Source: a virus. Taken from it: 39,996 nucleotides of DNA. The stretch spans positions 1 to 39,996 of the IMG/VR virus record IMGVR_UViG_3300034523_000094; one strand, 5' to 3'. This document shows positions 33,001-39,288 of the stretch, in pieces. A program made the translations under genes and the position numbers. Position 1 is the stretch's first letter. The number at the start of each line of letters is the position of its first letter. The notes beneath the pieces are model-generated. The model was not told where the DNA came from and did not search any database. It saw only the letters and a list, made by a program, of their open reading frames with translations.

Positions 33001-33934
33001 CGAGGTTGTCGACGTTGAAGGTCACCACGACGGCCACTTCGTTGCCGGCCTCGAGCTCGGCCAGGTAGACGCTGGCGCCGGTGGCGAAGCCTTCGACGCT
33101 GTAGCGGCGGTCGGCGGTCTCGAGGTCGCCAAGGATGCAGTGGGCGCCGTCCATCTTGACGCCGGTGCCCTGCAGCTTCTTGTCGGCATAGAGGCGCTGC
33201 AGGCCAAGGAACACGCCGGAGATATTGAACAGCGGAACGGCGGTAAACTCGCCGTGACTGTCACGCATACGTTGCATTTTGAAGCGTGACGCGATCGCCG
33301 CGATCTGCTTCGCCTGCAGGTAAGGGGCGCTGCCGTCCTCCTCGCCAATGACCTCGACGAAGCCCTTGCGGATCTTGCCGCCGGCTTCGTACTCGAACTC
33401 GTGGCGCCCGCCGCAGTGCCAGGCGGCCTCATAGGCCAGCCGCTCGCGGTGGATCCGCGCCTCGGCTTCGGCCCGGCGCTGCTCGGCTTCTTTCTGCGCG
33501 GCTTCGCGCTTGGCGCGCTGTTCTTCCTGACGGGCCAGCCATTGCTGGTGCTTCTCGCTGGTGACGTTGCCGCCTTCGCGCTTGTAGAGCTCGGCCAGCG
33601 CTGCGAGGCCCGACCAGGTCGCGTGACCATAGGCCGGGTTGTTGTTGTTGAAGGTGAAGAAGGGATAGTCGAAGTCGTCGGCGCGCTTCGTGTCGCCCCA
33701 CGCCATGACTTTGCCCCGGTGGATCTTGTCGGTTACGCCGTCTTTGCCCTTGGGGCGGGCCTTGTCGCCGCGCAGGCCGATCTCGTTGCGAATCGCTGAC
33801 CAGCGGATGCCGACCGATGCCGCCACGTCGGCGATATCGGCGTCGAAAAAGTCGATCAGTGACCAGGGGTCGGAACGGAACCGCTCGGCGTAGAACCGGG
33901 CCAGTGCGCTCGCGTCGTCCTTCGTGTTCTGCAT
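30077..33934 (-). CDS. repA: Large multidomain replication protein (primase/helicase, N15 RepA-like)
   Basis: 1285 aa, with a Walker A PMGSGKTEKL in the central region. Its size and its position next to tel and par match the N15 RepA arrangement. An AAGGAA RBS precedes the ATG at 33934. Confidence 0.7.
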   Translation of the reverse strand: MQNTKDDASALARFYAERFRSDPWSLIDFFDADIADVAASVGIRWSAIRNEIGLRGDKARPKGKDGVTDKIHRGKVMAWGDTKRADDFDYPFFTFNNNNPAYGHATWSGLAALAELYKREGGNVTSEKHQQWLARQEEQRAKREAAQKEAEQRRAEAEARIHRERLAYEAAWHCGGRHEFEYEAGGKIRKGFVEVIGEEDGSAPYLQAKQIAAIASRFKMQRMRDSHGEFTAVPLFNISGVFLGLQRLYADKKLQGTGVKMDGAHCILGDLETADRRYSVEGFATGASVYLAELEAGNEVAVVVTFNVDNLGKVLRQYAKHYPAWRFHNAADNDQWKPQAGNAGVLAGLEIHRELQHPAIVPNFAASLELFGCSAQQIAELRAQNRAPVVGFSGEELAAFKAARKGPTDWNDYHVAFGLAATAKALRARDSVLRAEKDWFDYCLQRLGYSGLTAEKAAKSAVAAGMLLVPIRYTGREVLRMVEKKIPAGVEVDRFKIRRFVKWLADQKLQQARELRGFSAATLAKPHVQHLRVEGVRAAHGGIELPPHFADLVDSLEGMIISRAPMGSGKTEKLIAPLMQAAPKAAYIAHRVSLLDDAASRLNIQHYQQVSAAWMRDVSHLACCVNSLTHPKFYNTDERSWFTTVDTLCIDEASQVISHTATGPVDGRVRVFDALLDAVASARRVLLCDADANDTVVEFCELARPGQPITILEVVGPTDHIRVNHTDDETAWQVALDWICAGKRVLVANDSAESAKKMAALIEERIEHGECKPLRMLLVHADSKADPNVEAFLRSPNAEAVKYDVLIYSPAISSGVSMTTPHFERHVGLFSGNTVSPSDAIQMLRRDRTAREYLVGIGHSSAQRATDPEAIYRGLMELDGITFAFEEDAGEARFVRKKTAFDHLYLTSVTTENKARNDFANNLLLMLIADGYQVGRADLDDPERTKESRSNRKHAGALVFAKRMDLLTSVEVPDEETFGRLNRQEVRSETESAQVDRYHLAHQLGVLEPTEDDVAFYDDRGIAKVVALELLQAEEAQAKAYDEAQRKARVVLTQHRYKTATRAFLVELFETLGLDRYTGAGEFSAEQCKQVLAKVTASQQALDAYNALRVGRHLHSTSARVCATTLVKSMLERFGLTVEKRSSNGRNLFSINADRWSFVMAYVLRRQALGAHSLTTHEAASDYQPKEAPEALPVEPQAPAPVACSESDTLHCEGTDTDEKYPLAVTEHLLALASRCYRPSGIPLSRLVGALAPEVVRDFVSGRLSDASINRTLGFAEKLLQASAR

Positions 33935-33945
33935 GATGTTCCTTT

Positions 33946-33977
33946 GCACAAAAACGCAAAAGCACAAAAGAACAATC
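33946..33977 (+). repeat. 8-bp-periodic array immediately upstream of repA: GCACAAAA ACGCAAAA GCACAAAA GAACAATC
   Basis: Read from the sequence. It begins 12 bp from the repA start codon. Confidence 0.45.
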
Positions 33978-33979
33978 CG

Positions 33980-34007
33980 TTGACGCTGCAATGATGGGGT
34001 TTAGACT
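33980..34007 (+). promoter_or_regulatory. Candidate sigma70-like promoter pointing rightward (TTGACG, 16-nt spacer, TAGACT)
   Basis: Hexamers identified by eye. No plus-strand gene lies downstream. Confidence 0.2.
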
Positions 34008-34013
34008 GGCTGT

Positions 34014-34159
34014 GCTGAAGCGCTATGCCCCGATTTCCTCCTGCCCGCAAAACAGGGAAAATCTTCAACAGGGTCAAGCACTTGTGTTTTGTCCAGTTCG
34101 CCCACCAGCGACGTTTTCAGATCAGCCCCGAGGTTACCAGCCCCGGGGCTTTTTCTTTT
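34014..34159 (+). ncRNA. Speculative ~145-nt plus-strand small RNA between repA and cI, ending at a plus-strand-only terminator
   Basis: A promoter-like element lies at 33980..34007. A hairpin AGCCCCG...CGGGGCT followed by TTTTTCTTTT lies at 34124..34159. Confidence 0.2.
34124..34159 (+). terminator. Intrinsic terminator-like hairpin with a T-tract on the plus strand only
   Basis: A 7-bp stem (34124-30 with 34144-50) followed by TTTTTCTTTT. Confidence 0.45.
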
Positions 34160-34245
34160 CCGCCTTGCTGAAAAGGTGATGCTGCGGGATTAAGCCCGCA
34201 GTCTACGCCATATTTTCAGTTCACAGAACCACCCTAAAATTCAGT

Positions 34246-34914
34246 TCATCGAATCAGGCCTTTGGCGATGCTCATGCGCATGCCGGTGACCAGCCCGATC
34301 ACCTTGAAGTTGCCGTCGACAGAGATCGGCGGGAACTGTGGATTTAACGGTCGAAGGTACCGCTGCGAACCGTCTTGGATCAACTTCTTGAAGGTCGGCT
34401 CGGCCGGCGTGACGGTGTAGCCGACCACCAGGTCGTTGGCCTCGGCTTCCTGTCGAGGATCCACGAAGATGACCGCCCCCACCGGGAAGGCCGGCCCGCT
34501 GGGGGCGTGCATGGTGTCGTCGCGCACCACCAGGCCGAACACCGCCCCGGGCGGATTGTCCGGTGCCAGCACCCAAGGCGTTCCGGTCGGAAGTCGTTCT
34601 ATGGCGGGGCTTTTAGCCCATTCAGCGGCCATTTCCCAAGGGATGACCGGCACCCGTTTTACCGTCTCGGCAGGCGCTGCAGGCGCCTGGGTTTCGCCGA
34701 GTGACTCCTCGATAAGCGCGTCGATAGTGGTGCCGAATGCCTTCGCCAATGCGTAGGCCGTCAGCACGGTGGGGACGCTCTTTTCCTTCTCGATGGCAGA
34801 TAGCGCGCTTGGGTAGACGACATTGTCTGCAGCGTCGCACAGGCGTTGGAGCGACCAGTGCTGCGCTTGTCGGCGCCGGAGTATCGCCGGCCCGATAGAA
34901 AACTTTTGGTTCAT
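34246..34914 (-). CDS. cI: CI-type repressor (HTH plus S24/LexA-like C-terminal domain), lambda CI-like
   Basis: The C-terminus PTFKKLIQDGSQRYLRPLNPQFPPIS aligns with the lambda CI segment [26 protein letters not shown]. The N-terminus is XRE-type HTH-like. The gene is divergent from the early operon. Confidence 0.85.
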   Translation of the reverse strand: MNQKFSIGPAILRRRQAQHWSLQRLCDAADNVVYPSALSAIEKEKSVPTVLTAYALAKAFGTTIDALIEESLGETQAPAAPAETVKRVPVIPWEMAAEWAKSPAIERLPTGTPWVLAPDNPPGAVFGLVVRDDTMHAPSGPAFPVGAVIFVDPRQEAEANDLVVGYTVTPAEPTFKKLIQDGSQRYLRPLNPQFPPISVDGNFKVIGLVTGMRMSIAKGLIR

Positions 34915-35061
34915 GGTGGCCCCTCTCAGTCCCTTTCTATTGTCCGTCCTGAATAGGCAACGTTTCCATTCAGAGTAGGCAAATCATGTTGCCTCTTTTG
35001 TTCTGTTCACAGAAAATGTCGCCATAACTACATTCAGACCCACAACGAGGGGAAAGGTGCT
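34915..35061. promoter_or_regulatory. Divergent immunity control region (candidate operators and promoters)
   Basis: AT-rich, and contains AGGCAA-n6-TTGCCT (34977..34994), CTGAAT-n13-ATTCAG (34949..34973) and TTCTGT-tc-ACAGAA (35001..35014). Confidence 0.55.
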
Positions 35062-35670
35062 ATGGCGGCACGTACAGAGCGGGAAATCGTGCTCGAGGCC
35101 ACTAATCTGTGGTTTCGGCATTCGGAGTGGTCGGTCGAAAAATTCGCCCACGAGCGCCTCGCGCCCGCTCTGGCTGCGGCCGATCTGGTCGAGCCCCTGG
35201 CAGAGCCCGCCGACGGCGAGGAGTACCTGCGCAGCCGCAAGGCCTGGGGCCAGCGGCTAAACCGGATCTTCAACGGTACCGCCCCCTTCCCGCTCGAGTG
35301 GAAACAAGTCTGGCTCGACTGCCTGACGCCTGACGACGCCAAGCGCGCGCAGCAGGCGTGCCTCGCGCTGATCGGCGTGCCCAACCTGCGCCTGCCTACC
35401 CTTTCGCCCGCCCCGGCTGCTGCCGTGCCTGCGCGTATCGGCGAGGTGATGGAGGAGGTCGGCCAGTTCATCGCCGCCGCCAAGCCCTCGCACAACGGCC
35501 GCTACGACCGCAACGACGATCCCGCCGAAGTCGACCGCATGCTCAAGGAGGGCGTCGACGCCGTGTTCGCTCTGATCAACGAGCTGACGTCGGTCGCCGC
35601 CGGTACCGGCCGCCCCCTTCCCGCGCTGCAGCTGCTGCTCGATCAGGGCAAGGCGGTGGCCAATGACTGA
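35062..35670 (+). CDS. First early-rightward gene, possibly a CII (CP76)-family phage regulatory protein
   Basis: Assigned from its position opposite cI and a loose resemblance to remembered CP76-family proteins. No clear Cro-like HTH was seen. Confidence 0.3.
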   Translation: MAARTEREIVLEATNLWFRHSEWSVEKFAHERLAPALAAADLVEPLAEPADGEEYLRSRKAWGQRLNRIFNGTAPFPLEWKQVWLDCLTPDDAKRAQQACLALIGVPNLRLPTLSPAPAAAVPARIGEVMEEVGQFIAAAKPSHNGRYDRNDDPAEVDRMLKEGVDAVFALINELTSVAAGTGRPLPALQLLLDQGKAVAND

Positions 35671-36034
35671 CGCCCCGCTCGACCAGGTCGAGGAGCCCGT
35701 CGACCTCGAGGAGCTGGCACTCGACCTCGAGGAGCCGGCCCCGGTCAACGAGACGCCCGAGGAGCGCAAGCGCCGGCATGCGCGGATCCGCCAGCGCCGC
35801 AAGCGTCGCCGCGATGAAGCGGCCAAGCAGCGCGCCGCAGCGGTGCCGATCACTTTCGAGGCCTACAAGGGCACGCAGGCGGATCTCGCGCTGATCTGCG
35901 AGCTCGGTGGCTTCGAGGAGCAGGCCGAGGCCATCACGCTGATTCTACGCAACGTCGCGGATCTCGCGCTGCGTGACCGTCACGCTTTCGAGCAGTTCGT
36001 CAGCATCCCGTCACGCAAGGAGGCGCAGCAGTGA
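35663..36034 (+). CDS. Hypothetical early protein (acidic N-terminus, Arg/Lys-rich centre)
   Basis: ORF with a start/stop overlap with its neighbours. Confidence 0.45.
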   Translation: MTDAPLDQVEEPVDLEELALDLEEPAPVNETPEERKRRHARIRQRRKRRRDEAAKQRAAAVPITFEAYKGTQADLALICELGGFEEQAEAITLILRNVADLALRDRHAFEQFVSIPSRKEAQQ

Positions 36035-36342
36035 GCGATTGGATCAAGGTTTTCAGGGTGGCGCCGCATGCGGTGCTGATGGCCGTCAACGAGGCCGCGC
36101 GCGGCGTCGATTGTTGTGCGGTGCGCCTCGAGGGGCGGGTTTTCGGTGCGAAGGGTGAGACGGTGAAGCACTTCGCCACGCGCCAGGCGGCCGATGCGTT
36201 CTTCGACGCCTACGACCAGGAGGCCGCCGAGGCCTGGTGGTGCGCGCTGAACGCGCGCGTGGTCGAGGAGTTCGAGGGGTATGCCGATCGCCTGCTGCAC
36301 GGCGCTGGCGGCCCTGCTCCGGCGGGGTTGTTCCATGCCTGA
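36031..36342 (+). CDS. Hypothetical early protein
   Basis: GTG start with an AAGGAGG RBS. It overlaps the upstream stop codon (GTGA). Confidence 0.45.
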   Translation: MSDWIKVFRVAPHAVLMAVNEAARGVDCCAVRLEGRVFGAKGETVKHFATRQAADAFFDAYDQEAAEAWWCALNARVVEEFEGYADRLLHGAGGPAPAGLFHA

Positions 36343-36595
36343 TGCCTGCGATCGGGTCGTCGACCTGCAGCTCGACATTGGCGCGGCCTTCATGGATGCC
36401 CGCGCCCGCCGCTGTGATGCCGTGGCCCTCGGCGATCGCTGGATCCGCTCGGGCTATAGCGAGTTGTCGGGGCTGTGCTCTGGCTGTGGTGGCCAGATCC
36501 ACCCCGGCCGCCTGCAGGCCGTGCCGACAGCGCACCGCTGCACCAAGTGCCAGGACGCACACGATCGCCAGGAGGCCGCCCGATGCAAACGCTAA
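36335..36595 (+). CDS. TraR/DksA-family C4 zinc-finger protein
   Basis: CSGCGGQIHPGRLQAVPTAHRCTKCQ matches the CxxC-x17-CxxC TraR/DksA finger common in phages. Confidence 0.6.
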   Translation: MPDACDRVVDLQLDIGAAFMDARARRCDAVALGDRWIRSGYSELSGLCSGCGGQIHPGRLQAVPTAHRCTKCQDAHDRQEAARCKR

Positions 36596-37428
36596 GCCTC
36601 TCGCGCTATCCGCGCCCCGCAAAACCCCGCCCTGCCCCGGTCACTTACTACGTGATCGACGAGCCGGTCGACCCGGTGCCGGTCGCTGCCGCCCCTCGCC
36701 GGGTGCCGGCGGTGACGACGCACGACCGCGCCGTCATGCGCGACCTGGTGCTCGGCGCCTTCCTGGGGCCGCAGCACTTCCGCGAAGATGACGGCAAGCG
36801 CGTGGCGGCCTACACCATCGAAAACACCCGTGACGTCGTTCCGGCGCGGATCCTCGAGGAGCGGGCCGAGTGCCCGGTCGAGGGTGCGGAGCCGGGGCGC
36901 CTGCCCACCGCTTACGTCGCCGCCCTGGCGAAAGGAACCACGCGCGTGATCGCCAGCGAGACCCGTCCGAAGAAGAAAAGCAGCATCCCGCTCGGGCCGC
37001 TGGCCTTTCAGGATGCCCGTATCGTCCGCGCGGTCGGCCAGCTCGCGCCGGAGCATCAGCACTGGATCCGCTACGCCTACGCCGACTCGCGTGCCTGGGA
37101 TGACGAGGCCGGCGCCGTGGTGGCGCTGTGGGCGCGCTACGAGCCGCAGCTCGGCAAGGTGCAGGCGAAGACCAGGCAGAAGGCCAAGGGCCTGGCGCAC
37201 CTCGCGGTGCAGGATGCGAAGCGCTTCGTGAATGCCGGCAAGGAGCTGCACGCCGCCTGCCGCCTGCGCGAGCTGCTGGGCGTATCGACGCCGAATTGGG
37301 ACCAGCACTGGTGCCCACGCTGGCAGGCGATGCGCAACGAGGTTTTTGCGATGGATCGGGACGCGCTGACTGCGCTCTGCAAGGAGCTGGCAGGCTTCCG
37401 GTTTGTGCTGATGGATCGGGGGTTGTGA
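36583..37428 (+). CDS. Putative late-gene regulator (antiterminator Q-like by position)
   Basis: It is the last large gene of the early operon and is followed by an AT-rich promoter-like region and two terminators ahead of the lysis genes. The similarity to Q proteins is not verified. Confidence 0.3.
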   Translation: MQTLSLSRYPRPAKPRPAPVTYYVIDEPVDPVPVAAAPRRVPAVTTHDRAVMRDLVLGAFLGPQHFREDDGKRVAAYTIENTRDVVPARILEERAECPVEGAEPGRLPTAYVAALAKGTTRVIASETRPKKKSSIPLGPLAFQDARIVRAVGQLAPEHQHWIRYAYADSRAWDDEAGAVVALWARYEPQLGKVQAKTRQKAKGLAHLAVQDAKRFVNAGKELHAACRLRELLGVSTPNWDQHWCPRWQAMRNEVFAMDRDALTALCKELAGFRFVLMDRGL

Positions 37429-37739
37429 TGACGCCTTGCTCGCAATGCGGGAGCCAGCCCGAGCGCCGTCTCGATCCGCAGACGGGGCGCAGGGTGTACG
37501 CCTGCCCGGGTTGCCGCCATCGCGGCGAGGTGACGACCTGCGAGGTCGCGGCGGCGGCCTCCTGGGAACTGATCAATGATCCCGATATGGATCGGCACAC
37601 GTGCAAGGCGGCCATGCTGCCGCGCTACTTCGAGACGGGCGGCAAGTGGGGTGCTCGTTGCCGTGGGTGTGGCCACGAGGTCGAGGGCTTCGGGAGCCTG
37701 CAGGGCGCCCGGGCTGGGTGGGCGAGGTCTATGCGGTAA
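37428..37739 (+). CDS. Cys-rich zinc-finger protein (four CxxC pairs)
   Basis: CSQCG...CPGCRH...CRGCGH. Its start overlaps the upstream stop codon (TGATG). Confidence 0.5.
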   Translation: MTPCSQCGSQPERRLDPQTGRRVYACPGCRHRGEVTTCEVAAAASWELINDPDMDRHTCKAAMLPRYFETGGKWGARCRGCGHEVEGFGSLQGARAGWARSMR

Positions 37740-37740
37740 G

Positions 37741-37812
37741 GCGCAAAAGAACAAAGGAGCAAAGGCGCAAATGCGGACAAGCGAAAAAGGCGAAAAAGCC
37801 TATTGCGCAAAA
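37741..37812 (+). repeat. 8-bp-periodic array of nine registers: GCGCAAAA GAACAAAG GAGCAAAG GCGCAAAT GCGGACAA GCGAAAAA GGCGAAAA AGCCTATT GCGCAAAA
   Basis: Read from the sequence. GCGCAAAA recurs exactly 64 bp apart, in register. Confidence 0.5.
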
Positions 37813-37831
37813 GTAAGGGATAATGTCTAAT
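37803..37831 (+). promoter_or_regulatory. Candidate late promoter (TTGCGC, 17-nt spacer, TCTAAT) in the most AT-rich segment of the genome
   Basis: Hexamers and spacing identified by eye. Confidence 0.3.
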
Positions 37832-37860
37832 AAGTGCTCTAATGCGATACATGCAAACCA

Positions 37861-37894
37861 AAGCCCCGCCACCGTGCGGGGCTTTGTCGTTTCT
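37861..37894 (+). terminator. Intrinsic terminator 1 between the early operon and the lysis genes (GCCCCGC-caccgt-GCGGGGC followed by TTTGTCGTTTC)
   Basis: A 7-bp GC stem (extendable with AAA/TTT) and a T-rich tail. Confidence 0.6.
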
Positions 37895-37960
37895 GCAGGT
37901 CGCCGCGCCCACCGGGCGCATCCAATCTCCTCGGAATACTGACGCCATCAGTGTTCCTTT

Positions 37961-37987
37961 GCCCGCCACTGAGCGGGCTTTTTTATT
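37961..37987 (+). terminator. Intrinsic terminator 2 (GCCCGC-cactga-GCGGGC followed by TTTTTTATT)
   Basis: A 6-bp GC stem and a T6 run, 16 nt before the holin start. Confidence 0.7.
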
Positions 37988-38002
37988 CCTGGAGCGCCGC
38001 CG

Positions 38003-38242
38003 ATGGATGCCCACAAGCTGCAGCCGATGGCGGATGCCGTCGCCGTCGAGGGCGCCAAGCTCGTGCCGCCGGCGATCCCGCTCGCTTTCTATGGTTTGAC
38101 CCTCGAGAAGTGGCTGCTGGTCCTGCCGGCGCTGTATTACGCCGCGCTGCTGGCCGACCTGGTCGCCCGGCGCTGGGTCGTGCCGCTGTTCCGCCTCTGG
38201 ATGGATCGACGCAAGGAGGCACGCCGCCATGACGCTGATTAA
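38003..38242 (+). CDS. Holin (two hydrophobic segments, probably pinholin-type)
   Basis: 79 aa with hydrophobic stretches, a charged C-terminus RRKEARRHDAD, and Met1/Met9 as a possible dual start. It lies directly upstream of the endolysin gene. Confidence 0.65.
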   Translation: MDAHKLQPMADAVAVEGAKLVPPAIPLAFYGLTLEKWLLVLPALYYAALLADLVARRWVVPLFRLWMDRRKEARRHDAD

Positions 38243-38777
38243 GCGCATTGTCGCGGCGGTGACGCTGTCGCTTGCCGCTGCAGGCTTCACCGTCAACGAG
38301 ACGGGCCTGCCGGCGCCGGTCGAGCGCGCCGCGATCATCGCCGGCCTGATGATCCTCACGCCGGAAATGGAAGGCACCGAGTTCGAGGCCTACCCCGACA
38401 GCGGCGGCGTCTGGACGATCTGCACCGGGCACACGAAGGGCGTCCGCGCTGGTGACCGGGCTACGCCCGAGCAGTGCGCGGCGTACCTGCAGGGCGATCT
38501 CGGCGGTGCTGTCGACTTCGTGATGCGCGCCGCGCCGAGGGCAACGATCTGGCAGAAGATCGCCATGGCCGACTTCGTCTACAACGTCGGCCCCGGGGCA
38601 TTCGCCCGGTCGACGCTTTACCGCCTGACCGCTGCCGGCGATTACGTCGCCGCCGCCGATCAGTTCCTGCGCTGGATGTTCGTCGCGGGCCGCGATTGCC
38701 GGCTCGCTGCAAGCAACTGCGGCGGCATCGTCGTGCGGCGGCAACTGCAGCGCACTCTCTACCTGGTGGGCTTATGA
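38229..38777 (+). CDS. SAR endolysin (GH24 / T4-lysozyme family)
   Basis: Catalytic pattern EMEGTEFEAYPDSGGVWTICTGHT (E-x8-D-x5-T). The weakly hydrophobic Ala/Gly/Ser-rich N-terminus IVAAVTLSLAAAGF is typical of a signal-anchor-release domain. Confidence 0.85.
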   Translation: MTLIKRIVAAVTLSLAAAGFTVNETGLPAPVERAAIIAGLMILTPEMEGTEFEAYPDSGGVWTICTGHTKGVRAGDRATPEQCAAYLQGDLGGAVDFVMRAAPRATIWQKIAMADFVYNVGPGAFARSTLYRLTAAGDYVAAADQFLRWMFVAGRDCRLAASNCGGIVVRRQLQRTLYLVGL

Positions 38778-39280
38778 CTTCACGACTTTATGGCCTGGTC
38801 GCGCTCGGCGTGATCGGGGCGTTGCTGTTCGCCCTCGGCTGGATCAACGGCGCGAACAGCGAGCAGGACAAGGCCAAGGGGCTGGCGGCTGAGCAGCTGC
38901 GGCAGGCCTTCGAGCAGGGCCAAGCGCTCGGCACCGTGCGCGACCGGGTGGTGACGGAGTACGTCGACCGCGTGCAAGTGATCGAGAAGCGCGGCCAGAC
39001 CATCATTAAAGAGGTGCCTGTCTATGTCTCAGAAGCTGCTGATCGCGCTTGCCCTGTCCCTGTTGGCTTTGTCCGGTTGCACGACGCAGTCGCGGCAGGC
39101 CTGCCAGCCCCTGGATCTGCCGGCGCTGCTGATGAAGCCCCCTCGGGCGTTGCACTCTCTGCCGTCACAGGCACCGTCGCCGGCAACTACACCGCCTGCC
39201 ACGCAAACGCCGAGCAGCTAAAGCAGCTGCAGGCGTACCTGCTCGAGCACCAGGCGATCACCAACCAGTCACCGCAATAG
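38774..39280 (+). CDS. Rz: i-spanin (Rz-like)
   Basis: An N-terminal TM segment LYGLVALGVIGALLFALGW followed by a helical periplasmic domain. It contains an embedded lipoprotein ORF. Confidence 0.75.
   Translation: MTSRLYGLVALGVIGALLFALGWINGANSEQDKAKGLAAEQLRQAFEQGQALGTVRDRVVTEYVDRVQVIEKRGQTIIKEVPVYVSEAADRACPVPVGFVRLHDAVAAGLPAPGSAGAADEAPSGVALSAVTGTVAGNYTACHANAEQLKQLQAYLLEHQAITNQSPQ
39024..39221 (+). CDS. Rz1: o-spanin (Rz1-like lipoprotein) embedded in the +1 frame of Rz
   Basis: Signal peptide with lipobox LALSGC and a Pro-rich mature part. It lies entirely within Rz. Confidence 0.75.
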   Translation: MSQKLLIALALSLLALSGCTTQSRQACQPLDLPALLMKPPRALHSLPSQAPSPATTPPATQTPSS

Positions 39281-39288
39281 GCCCGCCC

